64,000 nt of DNA from Zygnema circumcarinatum SAG 698-1b (GCA_037447605.1 CM074822.1:1325492-1389491), one strand, 5' to 3'; numbered from the stretch's first letter, positions 27,666 to 39,577 are shown. Translations and numbers: made by a program. The notes: generated from the letters alone by a model not told the origin.

Positions 27666-27739
27666 CTGAAAAACGAAAAAAAAAACGGAAAAACACCTTC
27701 AAATTGTGCTCCAATCTGCATTTTCAGGGNNNNNNNNNN

Positions 27740-27931
27740 GAGAAGGGGAGGGGGAGGGGGGAGGGGAGAAGGAGGAATAGGGGCAGTGGCAGTGGTAGGG
27801 TTAGGGGCAGGGCAGGGTGCTTCACTGTCCCCACTGTCAATAGTCACAGCGGCGCCGCGGCGCACAGCAGAAGCGGCAAAGAGGATCAGCGCGAGGAGGC
27901 CGCGCAGCCCGAGGGAGCGACCGGGCGCCAT
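27740..27931 (-). pseudogene. Inverted duplicate of the 5' end of the Pro-rich LRR gene
   Basis: [43 protein letters not shown]... is nearly identical to 35164 onward, and about 500 bp of upstream sequence is also shared. It is cut by a gap, so its functional status is unknown. Confidence 0.6.
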
Positions 27932-28644
27932 GGCGGCTCAGCGGCGCGCTGGTTTGGGAGCCCTCGGCTCGCTCTCACGCCATGGCTTCCGGGGTAGGGC
28001 CACGTGGCGCGTTCCTGCTCGCTTGCTCGAGGTAGAGGTCCGCTGCGAGAGGAACCCTTCGATGTCGCTAGCAGTACCTAGCAAATGCGTCCGTACTTGC
28101 CGCCTCAAAACGGGTATTCTGCTGGGGGCATAACCCTCTCGTACTACAAGCATCTGTACAGCATCTTGTTTGTTAGCGACACCGACCATTCCTTGCGTTT
28201 ATGCCGCTTCAGTGCAGCTGGCGTTCGCGTCCTCAGGGAGAGTTCGTCATCGCGTTAGGATTCTGACGTCAGCAGTCACATTTCTTGCCGCGTCCTGAAT
28301 TCTGGATCTTGAGGTCATGCGTCAGCAGACGCTGTCCGTATGTGGTCAGGCGCTGAGAGGCGTTGGCTCGTCCTCAGGGCATTTATTAATCGCAGAGGCC
28401 GCCGCGCGCGGGTCCCTTGCGCCAGGCTGCGCGCGTCGAGGGCGGCGAATGTGCGCCAAAGCACGAAGCACGAATGTGCGTGCGCCAAAGTAAACGAAGG
28501 CCCCCCAAAGGGTCGCCCTGGCGTCGCCACTACTGGCATCGCCGAGAGGGAAAAGGAGCGGGCTCGAACGAAAAATGCGCGCACAAAAGGGCATGCATGA
28601 AACAGCATTTTTCGCTTTCAATCCGTTGTAGAAGCTGCCCGGCG

Positions 28645-28850
28645 AAAAAGGGAGTGTTTGCATCCAAAAAGGGAGTGTAAATAACACTTTCCATTAGTTT
28701 TCGAATCGTACTGTTCGTATATTGACCGTACGTTTCATACTCCCACCGTACATTTCTGCATGGCGCGCGATTCTGCTTGCGCTGCAAATCTTTTTGGAAA
28801 GTGTTATTTGCACCCGCCTTTTTGGATGAACACACCCCCTCTTTGGCCTG
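28645..28850. repeat. Pair of diverged TIR-like ends related to the foldback element, facing each other across 103 bp
   Basis: ...GGGAGTGTAAATAACACTTTCC (ends 28692) and GGAAAGTGTTATTTGCACCCGCCTTTTTGGATG (starts 28796) resemble GGGTAGTGATATTTCCACCCCTTTTTTGGATC. Confidence 0.55.
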
Positions 28851-29110
28851 GCAGCTTTAAACAAGGATCAAAGGAGAAAGATGCTGTTTCACATTTTGCC
28901 TTTGTTCATGTACATTTGATGGCCTCGCCATCGCGAGTTCAATGAAAGTTTCCCCCATTCTGTTTCACTTTTTTTCATAAATAGGGGGAGTCAGACCTTG
29001 TCCATCGCCAAACCAATTCCGCGAGCCCGTCCGGCCAATTCCGCGTTGTACGGCAGGCCTTTTCCGCCAAAAGTGGACGTTCGACAGGCTCGGGCGCCGA
29101 GCCTATATCT

Positions 29111-29372
29111 CATTTTTGTAACCTATTTCGAAGTACGGACGGGACAGACAGGTTCGGGGGGAGCCGCGGTTTCCGAACCGAATTCTGCAATCGAAATCAA
29201 AACCTTTTTCGCAGAGGGAATAGGGGGAGTCAGACCTTGACCATCGCCGGCGGAATTGAAAGATTTCGCCGGCGAAAAGGTATTGATTTCGAATGCAGAA
29301 TTCGGGTCGGAAACCGCGGCTCCCCCCGAACCTGTCTGTCACGTCCTTACTTCGAAATAGGTTACAAAAATG
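29111..29372. repeat. Near-perfect hairpin with about 101-bp arms and a 59-nt loop
   Basis: 29111-29212 is the reverse complement of 29271-29372, with about 6 differences counted by eye. Confidence 0.9.
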
Positions 29373-29859
29373 CGCCCAAATTTCAGAATTCCGCGCTCCG
29401 AAACGCAGGGCGTCCGGAGGCCCTGCATTTCGAAATTCCAGCTTTCCGCCGATGAGGAATCGTGCCCCGCCTTGTCGCCGTGCGCGTCATGCCCGTGCGA
29501 GCGCCTCTCTGCCGCCGCCCGGACGCCGCGACCCGCTGCCGCGCAAAGCAGCGTTTCAGTGCTGGCACAGGTTTAGGGTTTCGCTTCCCACAACACCAGC
29601 GCCCTCTTTCCGGCAATTGTGAGCACCACGGGAGAGCGGTGAGCGAAGACGCCAAGGCGAAGAGGTACTCCGTCTCTATTCCCCTCTGTTGCTGTCTCCC
29701 TCGTCTCTCCCTCTCTGTTCCCCCTTTCTCTCTCTCTTGCTATCTCCCTCTATCACTCTCGCCCTGTTATCTCTCCCGCATTCTCCCCGCCTGTGCCACT
29801 CTGCCCCTGCCTCCCTCGGCCTGGCCCATGCCTCCCTTGTCTCCCTTGTTGCTCTTTCT

Positions 29860-30560
29860 GTTGCTGCTCCTGCTGCTGCTTTTCTCGCTGCTTCATTGTC
29901 TGCTGCTGCTGATGCTTTTTCTGCTGCTGCCCCTGCTGCTGCACCAGTTGCTTTTAGTGCTCCTTCTTTCTCTGCTTCTACTGCTGCTGCTGCTCTTTTC
30001 TTTTCAGCTGGTTTTGCTATTGTTGTGCTGTTGCTGCTGCTGCTGTTGTTGCTCCTGCCGTCTTTTCTGCTGCTGCCGCTGTTTTTTTTGCTGCTGCTGC
30101 TGCCACTGCTGGTGCTCCTGCTTTTTTTGCTGCTTCTTGTCTGCTATTGCTGCTGCTTTTGCTTCTTTTTCTGCTACTGCTCTTTTTACTGCTTCTTTTT
30201 CTGTTGCATTTTTTGCTGTTTCTTTTCCTGTTGCTGTTGCTATTGTTGTTCTGCTGCTGCTGCTGCTGCTTTTTTTATTGCTGCTGCTGCTATTGTTGTT
30301 CTGTTGCTGCTAGTGCTGCTGGTGCTTTTTTTACTGCTTTTTTTTTCTGATGTTTTTTTTGCTGCTTCTTTTTCTGCTGTTGTTGTGTTGTTGTTGCTGT
30401 GTTGCTGTTGCTGCTGCTGCTGCTGCTGCTGCTATTGCTGTGCTGCTGGTGCTGGTGCTGCTGTTGTCCTTCTGCTGCTGCTTCTGCTGCCGCTGCTTTT
30501 TCTGCTGCTGCTTTTTCTGCTACTGTTGCAGCATTCATTTTCTTTTTTGCTGCTGCATTC
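29860..30560 (-). repeat. Degenerate GCA/AAA triplet repeat (reads as Ala/Lys/Gln-rich on the minus strand)
   Basis: Low-complexity GCT/TTT triplet tract. Inverted homologues lie at about 31950-32170 and 32630-33110. The frames are interrupted by stops. Confidence 0.75.
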
Positions 30561-30657
30561 TTCTTCCGCATTCCGCATTGCCCTGTCCTTGTGCTTCCCG
30601 TTCTTTATGCTTGTGTTGTGTGTATGATTGCATATAATTCCTCCCCCTCCCCATCTA

Positions 30658-30725
30658 GTCGAAGTGGCGGATTGGTTACGCAACTTGCAAAACAGTAATA
30701 AAGGGGTTCAAATCCCCTCTTCGAC
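30658..30725 (+). ncRNA. tRNA(Cys)-like element, copy 1 (2-nt deletion in the anticodon stem)
   Basis: Acceptor stem GTCGAAG/CTTCGAC, D arm GCG-GATTGGTTA-CGC, T arm AGGGG-TTCAAAT-CCCCT, and Pol III box A/B-like motifs. Confidence 0.6.
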
Positions 30726-31829
30726 CTTGCACTGTTTATTCATTCTTCCATTTGTATTCATTTATAGTTTTTGTGTTTGTGCTTCATGTCTTATATTTGT
30801 TGTTATTTTTCCTAGTTGTTTTTATTGCTTTTTGCCTTTTCTTTCAAAACTTTGAATACGTTTTACATCATATTTTGTTTTGAGCATATATAGGTAGTTT
30901 GCTAACAAAATTATGCTAGCACACTCAGGAAAATCCGTCTTCTTTGGTTTTTGGAAACCTTGGTGGTATTAGCAACCATATCAAGTGCGGCAATGGGCTG
31001 TATTTGATGCCATCAGTACAATTATAGAATCCCTTGTAACTGCGTGTGCTCAAAATCCAAAACGTCTAGACTTAGGAGAAACAAGCTGATAAAGGTGCAA
31101 TTGATTCAACAACAATACAAACAATATCATTAGAAAAAGAATGATCGACGTGTGGGCAAAGGAGGGACAAAGTGGGCGGGGGTAGGAAGAAGAGGATCAA
31201 CAAGAGAGACTGAAGAGGGTTGAGATCCACTAAAGAGGAGAGCGAGAGTGAGTCGGGGATAAGGCATAAGAGGGAGACAACAACAAGAAGACGGTAAGGA
31301 AGGGGCAAAGAACACAAGATGCTAAGGTGTCACATACTAAGATGGGGAAGGAGACACACGGGGTGGAACAGGAAGGGAAGTGACAGAAAAAAGAGAGGGC
31401 AAGACAAAGCAAGGAAAAACAGAGAATGGAGCGTGAGAGGGAGAGACAGTGGGAGGGAGGGAGCAAGTGAGCACACGGAGACAAACATGAGGAGAGATGG
31501 GCAAACGAAAGGGTCGCAGGTGGCAAACTAGACCGACGTCTATATGAATAATCTTAACAGTCAGGAAGACAGTCTGTTTGCAGACCAGCCGTTCAAATGG
31601 AGTTTCCAAACACCAAGCTGCGAAGAGAGTGAAAAACAAAAAACAAACGCACCAAGGCCAGCATAAAGAGAGAGGAGGAAGCGGGTGAAGGATGGGGGGA
31701 GTGCACAAACAGCAAAAGTGAGAATGGGAGAGAGAGGGCACAAAGAGGGGGGAGGAGCAGAGAAAAAGAAAAAGCACAAACACAAAAACTATAAATGAAT
31801 AAAACTAGAAGGATGAATACATCGTAGAA

Positions 31830-31899
31830 GTCGAAGAGGGGATTAGAACCCCTTTATTACTGTTTTGCAACAGTTGCGTAACCAATCCGCCACTTCAAC
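31830..31899 (-). ncRNA. tRNA(Cys)-like element, copy 2
   Basis: Minus strand reads GTTGAAG TG GCG GATTGGTTA CGC A ACTGT TGCAAA ACAGT AATAA AGGGG TTCTAAT CCCCT CTTCGAC. It forms a full cloverleaf with a 6-nt anticodon loop containing GCA. Confidence 0.65.
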
Positions 31900-32317
31900 A
31901 TAATGGGGAGGGGGAGGAATAACATGCAATCATACACAACACAAGCATAGGCAAAGGAACGGGCAGCATAAGAAAAAGAAGAAGAGGCAGCAGCAGCAGC
32001 AGAAAAAGCAAGAGCAAAAAAAGCAGCAGCAACATCAACAGCTGCAGCACGAGCTGCAACAGCAGTAGCAGCAGAAATAGCAAAAGCAGAAAAAGAAACA
32101 CCACAAAATGCTGCAGCAGCATCAACAGCAGCAGCAGCAACAGCAGCAGAAACAGCAGCACAAAACAAAATATGGTATACAAGGTATTCAAAATTTTGAA
32201 AGAAACTCAAAAAACAAAAAAAACAACTAAGATAAATAACCACAAATATTTTACATCAAATGCACAAACACAAACACTATATATGAATCAAAATAAACAA
32301 ATGAAAAAATAGTACGA

Positions 32318-32387
32318 GTCGAAGAGGGGATTTGAACCCCTTTATTACTGTTTTGCAACAGTTGCATAACCAATTGGCCACTTCGAC
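32318..32387 (-). ncRNA. tRNA(Cys)-like element, copy 3
   Basis: Minus strand reads GTCGAAG TG GCC AATTGGTTA TGC A ACTGT TGCAAA ACAGT AATAA AGGGG TTCAAAT CCCCT CTTCGAC. It has the same 6-nt loop and a T-rich downstream flank. Confidence 0.65.
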
Positions 32388-33465
32388 TTGATGGGGAGGG
32401 GGAGGAATAACACACAGTCATACACGAAACAAAAGCATAAGCGAAGGAACGAGAGGCACAAGCAAAGGAAGGGAAGACTGAGGCAAAGGCAACATAGCAA
32501 GGGGCAAAGGCAAAGGATGTTGGGGCAGGGGCAAGGGAGGTAAAATACGGAACGTGGAATGCGGAATGCGGAATGCGGAATGCGGAATGACGAATGAAGC
32601 AACAATACAAATAAAACAAAACCTACAGTAGCATTAGCATAAAAGGAAGAGCAAAAAAGCCAGCAGCATAAAAAGCAGCAGCAACATCAGCAACAGCAGC
32701 AGCAACATCAACAGCAGCAGCAGGAGCTGTAGCAGCAGCAGCAGGATAAGAAGCGGCTGGAGCTGCAGCAGTAGCAGCAGAAACAGCAGCAACAGCAGAA
32801 GCAGCGGCAGCAGCACAACAACAACAACAGAAACAGGAGATGAAGAAGGAGGAAGCAGCAGGAGCAGAAAAAGCACGAGCAAAAAAAAACAGCAGCAACA
32901 TCAACAGCAGCAGCAGGATGAGAAGCGGCAGCAGCTAGAGCAGTAGCGGCAGAAACAGCAGCAACAGCAGTAGCAGCGGCAGCAGCACAACACAAAAACA
33001 ATAGCAGAAACAGCAGATGAAGAAGAATAAGAGGCAGCAGCAGCAGCAAAAAAACCAAAAGCAAAAAAAAGCGGCAGCTTAAAAAGCAGGAGCACAGCAG
33101 CAGCAGTAGCAAAAAGAGCACCAAGGGAGACAAGGGATGCATGAGCAAAGGCGAGGGCGGCAGGGGCAGGTGCAAGAGCACAGGAGGCAGGGGCAAGGGA
33201 AAGGAAGGCAGGGGGAAGGGCAGGGAAGGCAGGTGCAGAGTCAAGGGCAAGGGAGGCAGGTGCAAGGGCACGGGAGGCAGGGGAAAGGGTAAGGGAGGCA
33301 GGGGCAAGGGCAAGGACTCACCGCTGCTCAAGTCCGCCGTCGTCCCTAAAAACCGATCGCGCTTTTGCCGTCGTCGCCGACTCACCGCTCACCGCTCAGT
33401 GGGGGAAGGCGAGACGACGCTCTGCTCACTCCCCTGCAAGGATGGCTCGGGCGGTGGCGAGGGAG

Positions 33466-33485
33466 AAACCCTAAACCCTAAACCC
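33466..33485. promoter_or_regulatory. Interstitial telomere repeat/telo-box (AAACCCT)x~3
   Basis: AAACCCTAAACCCTAAACCC. Single or degenerate boxes also occur at about 3800 and 3845 (just upstream of TraB), 19390 and 29575. Confidence 0.6.
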
Positions 33486-33673
33486 GTGCAGGTCTGAGCT
33501 CGCAGCGAGCAAGCAGGCGAGCAGGCGGCGGATGCGAGGCGCCGCAATTGGACGCCGCTCGCGCAGTGGTGACTCGCGTGGCGACAAAACGGAGGGCGGC
33601 GGGCGGCGGAGGGAGCGCTGCGGGCCGAAAAGGGGGGAGTCATACCTGGGCCGGAGATACAAAGGTAAAATAA

Positions 33674-34598
33674 GGGTAGTGATATTTCCACCCCTTTTTT
33701 GGATCCAAACACCCCTTCCCGGCCGGGCAGATTACAAAAGGGATTAAAAACGGGAAAATGGTTTCTTCACACATTTTGGAATCGATACCCACCTTCTTCT
33801 GTCGGATGATTTTATTTTTGCTAACCAAGGAAAATGATACCCCGTCATCGCATTTTGAATTCTGTATCCCGCCTCGCTGAATTTTTTTTTTGAGGGAAAG
33901 AAATATCTGCCTGCCCGAATCCGCTACGAGATCGTTCGCGGGTGTCAGTCTTTCACACGTGCGTGTCAATCGCATCTGTCGATTTCCCTCGCAGATCGCA
34001 CCATTGCAGATCACCGTTCGATCTGCATCGGGGCTCGATCTTAGCGAATGGAAAGCGCCCACGAGTCCCGTCAAAGCCGGATCGCACGTGCGAGTGCGCG
34101 CGTCCATCTGTCCCAGATCTCGTCATTGTTAGCTCCCAGCCAATCAACAGCTGCCACGTGTTACATATTTGACGTGAAAAATTTTGATTGGTCCAAGCTC
34201 TCAATGTACGAAATTTTGGGTTCCTCAAAGTTGCAACCGTACGACATTTGTACGGACAAACTTTTGAAACGAGTTTGGCGGGATACGTGGGCACGTGCCA
34301 TTCGCTGTGACCGAGCCCGGCTGCAGAGCAAATAGTGATCTGCCGTGTTGCGATCTGCGAGGGAATCGACGGCTGCGATTGACTGCACACTTGAAAGAAA
34401 ATTCAGGTAGGCGGGATATTCAAAATGGGGTGACGGGTTATTTCCTTGTTTCGCAAAAATAAAATCTGCCGATAGAGGGTGGGTATCGATTCCAAAAAGG
34501 TGTGAAAGAAGCATTTTCTGTATTAAAATCCTTTTTGAAATCTGCCCGGCCGGGAAGGGCTGTTTGGATCCAAAAAAGGGGTGGAAATATCACTACCC
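33674..34598. mobile_element. Foldback/MITE element, second full copy (opposite orientation to 10558-11501)
   Basis: Same long TIRs (GGGTAGTGATATTTCC...GGAAATATCACTACCC) and the same interior, reverse-complemented. Confidence 0.85.
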
Positions 34599-35163
34599 TT
34601 TTTCAAATGCCGCGCGGAAGCATTCGCGAGCGGGACAAAGTTTGCCGCCCTCGACAGCGCGCAGCCTGGCGCAAGGGACCCGCGCGCGGCGGCCTCTGCG
34701 AATAATAAATGCCCTGAGGACGAGCCAACGCCTCTTAGCGCCTGACCACATACGGACAGCGCCTTCTGACGCATAACCTCAAGATCACAAATACAGGACG
34801 CAACCATAAATGTCAGTTATGACGTCACAAACATACAGCGATGACGAACTCTCCCTGAGGACGCGAACGCCAGCTGCACTGAAGCGGCATAATCGCGAAG
34901 ATTGGTCAGTGTCGCTAACAAACAAGATGCAGTACAGATGCTTGTAGTACGAGAGGGTTAGGCACCCAGCAGAATACCCGTTTTGAGGCGGCAAGTACGG
35001 TCGAATTTGCTCGGTACTCCTCGCGACATCGAGGGGTTCTTCACGCAGCGGACCCCACCCTGAAGAGATAGAGCGTGCAGGAACACGCCACGTGGCCCTA
35101 CCTCGGAAGCCATGGTGTGAGAGCGAGCCGAGGGCTTCCTACCCAGCGCGCCGCTGAGCCGCC

Positions 35164-37055
35164 ATGGCGCCTGGTCGCTCCCTCGGGCTGCGCGGCCTCC
35201 TCACGCTGATCCTCTTTGCCGCTTCTGCTGTGCGCCGCGGCGCCGCTGTGACTATTGACAGTGGGGACAGTGAGGCACCCTGCCCTGCCCCTGACCCTGC
35301 CACTGCCACTAACCCTGTTCCTCCTCCTCCCCTCCCCTCCCCTCCCCCCTCCCTCTCTCCCTCCCCCTCCCACCGTCCCCCTCCACCTCCCCCTCCCCCC
35401 TCCCCCCTCCCCCACTCCCCATCCCCCTGCACCTGCCCCTGCCCCTGCCCCTGCCCCTGCCCCTCCCCCACCCACGTCCCCCCTCCCCCTCAACTCACCT
35501 TCCCCTTGGACCTCCGCCTCCCCCACCCCCTCCCCCTCCTCCTCCCTCCCTCTCCTCCCCTCCCTCTCCTCCCCTCCCTCCTCCCCCTCCCCCTCACCCT
35601 CCCCCCTCCCCTCCCCTCCCTCTCCCTCCCCATCCCCCTCCCTCTCCCCCTCCCCATCCCCCTCTCCTTCCCCCTTCCCCTCCCCCTTCACCTCCCTCTC
35701 TCCCTGCCCCTGCCTCTGCCCTTGAACCTGCCCCTACCCCTCCACCTCCCCCTCCCCCTCCCCCTCTCCCTCCCCCACACCCTCCCCCCTCCCCCTCCCC
35801 TCCACCTCTCCCTCCCCTCCCCCTCCCCTCACCCTCCCCCTCCCCCTCCCCCTCCCCCTCCCCCTCCCCCTCCCCCTCCCCTCACCCCTGCCCCTGCCTC
35901 TGCCCTTGAACCTGCCCCTACCCCTCCACCTCCCCTCCCCCTCCCCCTCCCTCTCCCTCCCTCCCCTCCCTCCCCCTCCCCCTCCCCCTCCCCCTCCCCC
36001 TCCCTCTCCCCCTCCCCCTCCCCCTCCAGCTCCGCCTGCCCCTGCCCCCTCCCCTTTACGACCCCCTCCCACCTCCCCCTCCCCTCCCTCCCCCTCCCCT
36101 CACCCTCCCCCCTCCCCCTCCCCCTCCCTCTCCCCCTCCCCTCCCTCTCCACCTCCGCCTGCCCCTGCCCCCTCCCCATTTACGACCCCCCTCCCACCTC
36201 CCCCTCCCGCCTCTCCTTCCCCCTCCCCCTCACCCCTGCCCCTGCCCCTGCCCCTGCCCCTGCCCCTGCCCCCTGCTCCCCTGCCCCTGCCCCTGCCCCT
36301 GCCCCTGCCCCTGCCCCTGCCCCCTGCCCCTGCCCCCTGCTCCCCTGCCCCCTGCCCCACCCCTCTCCCCTTCCCTCTCGCCCCTCCCCCTGCCCCAGCC
36401 CCTGCCCTTGCCCCTGCCCTGTTTCCGGGGAGCGGCAAGTGACTCGCTCGTCGAACCTTTTCCTTTGCCTGTCGTAAAATATGAAAAGCAACCATCTGTT
36501 CTCTCCGAAGGAAGCCCCTATGGAAGGGGAAAAGCAGAAATTTCTTTTTTGTCCCATTGTTAGATTCAAAGCTGAGCTCGATCCCAATCCTGCATCTGCC
36601 CGCGTTTTTTGGCGCAGGGGATGCTCTTCTCGCTGTCAAGGCGGCATTCAATGACGTGTCACAACTCAAACTCACGTCCTGGAGGGCGAATAACAGTGAC
36701 TGCAGCACCTGGGAAAGGATCAGATGTGATGGATCGCCATTCGGCCGCGTTCAGTACCTGTGAGCTACATTCTGACTGATCACCGCTTTTTAGCTTGGAG
36801 GTCAATGGCACCACGGAGTCCATAGCTGCTGAACTGCAGCACGAGGCTGAGGGTTCTGCGGGAAGAAGCCTTTTCAGAAAGCGGCCTAAAATGGGCCGCC
36901 GGAGAGGAGCTCTGTAGAATAAGCTTCCTTCTCCTAAAATCCCTTATTTTCTGACGCTTTCACTGGTAACCTGCTATATGCAGAGATCTAGAAGGCTACG
37001 GACTTAATGGGTCCATTTCACCTGCCATCGGTAAATTGACAATGTTGGGAGGCAT
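35164..37055 (+). CDS. Secreted or receptor-type protein: signal peptide, long Pro-rich (extensin-like) stalk, LRR N-terminal cap and first LRR (3' end not found)
   Basis: N-terminal [28 protein letters not shown], followed by about 1.2 kb of Pro-rich sequence. Exon 36618..36759 encodes [47 protein letters not shown] (LRRNT_2 pattern). The 72-bp exon 36984..37055 encodes [23 protein letters not shown] (plant LRR). The exon 1 donor (about 36438) is out of phase with the called ORF, probably from indels in the C-runs. The gene is lost at the gap at 37422. Confidence 0.75.
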
Positions 37056-37723
37056 GTGAGTGGCTCCATTCCATACGGATGCGTTAGATGCTTGTTTTTG
37101 AGTTCACAGTAATGGGGAGGGCTCAGATCTGGGTGATGTGCTCAATTAGTAAAAGCAACGAACCATTGCAGCTTCCAGAGAACCCAAGGCATCCTCTCGT
37201 CCTTCTTTCTTGCAAGGAGTTGCAATTGAGTCCATTAACGGGATTTAACACAATTTCTACAGGCAACATAGCGAATTTGTAGACCTTGTCAGTTTTTTCC
37301 CCTTGAAATCTATAATGCAAGTGATGTAGTTCCTAGATAGAGAAATGAAATTTCAAGTTGTTCTCTTACTTGAAATGGAAGTGCAACAAAAATCAATGCA
37401 GCTTTCAAATAAGTGAGCCTGNNNNNNNNNNNNNNNNNNNNNNNNNNNNNNNNNNNNNNNNNNNNNNNNNNNNNNNNNNNNNNNNNNNNNNNNNNNNNNN
37501 NNNNNNNNNNNNNNNNNNNNNAAAGTGAAATTTCTTTAAAACTGAAAATTTTTGAGGCGAGCGTCGGTGTTAGTAGGAAAGCGTGCCGCCTTGGAAAGTT
37601 TTTTCAAGATGTGAACAATGTACGGAAAACTCCTCTCTCTTCTGTAGAGGGCATTTTGGAGCTTGTGGCGAGCACGGGAGAAGGAGTGTATTACTTTATC
37701 GAGCATTTCCTTTCAAAATTTCT

Positions 37724-38535
37724 TCAGAGGACGACAAACGCAGAGGAAATTAAACCCACGCGCGGATAAAGCTCTCGATTCGTTTCTGACTCCGCTTGTC
37801 TGTCCGTCAAAATATTACAAAAATGGGCCTCCTCCTCCCTCCCCCCGGCCTCCCCTCTCCCTCCTCCCAGCTGCCTCCCTTGAGGCCCTCCACATAAATG
37901 GGACTCATTGCGATCGTAATTTACCGTGGTCATAGAAGCTTTCCATCCTCCGTCTCTCAGAAAATCTCCTTGAGTTGGCCTCGGACTCCCATCTTGCAAA
38001 CATGGGCCTTGTCCATTCCGCTTGTCTTCCCAAACTTGGCATTCTGAGCCATGCTTCACATCGTTGTCCTTTTGCGAATTCCAATGTATATCTCCCAGAC
38101 TTGTCACTCTGGTGCATCCTCCAAATGGTTGTTCTGGCAATTCCTCTACTGCTCCCTTATTGCAGATGATTATTACTCAGTGGTCGGACTAGTGGGTGGA
38201 AGTCCCTCTGTGAGAGAGAGAGGGGGGGAGGAGAGAGGGAGAGAGAGAGAGCGATAGAGAGAGAGAGAGATAGAGAGAGTGGGAGAGAGAGAGAGTGGGG
38301 GTGGAGAGAGAGAGCCACTTGTCGCTCTGGGCCACATTTGGCTGCTTTGAACCTCTTCCCTTGATAAAGACACCTCAGAGATCTCCTTCCCTTGAGAGCG
38401 AGAGAGGGTCTCTTCTCTAGTCACATGTAGGGTTTGGACCTCCCTGCTTTGCAGATCAGTATTGACAGTAAACTGAATTACAGTCGGAGGAGTCTCATGC
38501 GGAGTCGGAATTTCATCGGCTTTATGGACTTGCAT
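37724..38535 (-). pseudogene. Copy E: degenerate WRKY-less derivative
   Basis: MQVHKADEIPTPHETPPTVIQFTVNTDLQ and GRQLGGGRGEAGGREEEAH match copy D. The upstream acceptor is mutated (CGCGGG), and internal stops and a frameshift occur near 38170. Confidence 0.7.
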
Positions 38536-39577
38536 TTCCCCGCGAAAAGACCAAAAAAAAAAAACACACACACACATTCAAAATGTGCAAAAATCTGCAT
38601 TCCTTCCCAAGTCTCTGTGAAAGAAAGCCAAGGAGTTCCACATGGGTCAAGAAAAAACATATAAAAAAGGAAAAGAGAGCGAGAGGGGGAGGGGAGGGGA
38701 GGGGGAGGGGGAGGGGGAGGGGGAGGGGGAAGGGGGAGGGGGAGGGGGGAGGGTGGAGGGGGAGGGGGGAGGGGGAGGGGGGAGGGGGAGGGGGAAGGGG
38801 AAGGGGGAGGGGGAGGGGGAGGGGGAGGGGGAGGGGGAGGGGGGGGAGGTGGAAGGGGGGGGAGGGGGAGGGGGAGGGGGGAGGGGAGGGGGAGGGGGGA
38901 GGGTGGAGGGGGAGGGGGGAGGGGAGGGGAGGGGGAGGGGGAGGGGGAGGGGGGAGGGGGAGGGGGAGGGGGGATGGGGAGGGGGAGTCTCCCTCTGCCT
39001 TCAGGGCCACGTCACTTTGTATCACATGCGAAGGGACGCGCGCATTGGCTGAAGCCGACATTTGCGGCTCAAAGTGCGCAGGGGCCAACACGTTTCAGTG
39101 TGTGAGAGGACAATTGACTCTGGCTCGTGCAAAGGGAGGGTCTGGCGGAGTAGGTCCAGGTCAAACCCGGGGAAGGGTTAACGAGCGGGTCAACGCGGAA
39201 GCGCTTTGCGGCTCCGGTGGAGGATGACGGACGAGTCGGGCAGGAGGAGAACGTTTTGAAAATGTTTAAATTTGGCTGACCGGACCGGGACCGACACGTT
39301 TCAGTGTCCGAGAGGTCAATTGACTCTGGGCAGCTTGCGTGCTTGCGGGCCTCGAGAGAGTTCATAAACATTTTGATGTTTTGCAGTGTGTTGTGGAACT
39401 CTGAGCTTTGAGAAGCATAGGATGCTTTGAGTTCATGTTCATCTCTGAAAAGAAAGCTTTGTGTGGACAAGTGTGTATGAGAGCGTTGAATGCTTGAGAC
39501 TTCTGAGGATGACTAAGAAGGGAAAAGCTGCAAAGGATGAGTTTGATGTCCCTGACTTTGAGACAGGTCCTAGTTAT

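Noticed and set aside
30658-32387. Calling the tRNA-like units functional tRNA-Cys genes
   Set aside because: The anticodon loop is 6 nt in two copies and the stem is partly deleted in the third. They are reported as tRNA-like only.
39069-39470. 133-aa ORF ending in HTLKR, similar to the end of WRKY-A exon 1 (RTLKR), as a possible exon 1 of copy E
   Set aside because: The similarity is limited to 4 residues, the available GT donor is in the wrong phase, and copy E's acceptor is mutated.
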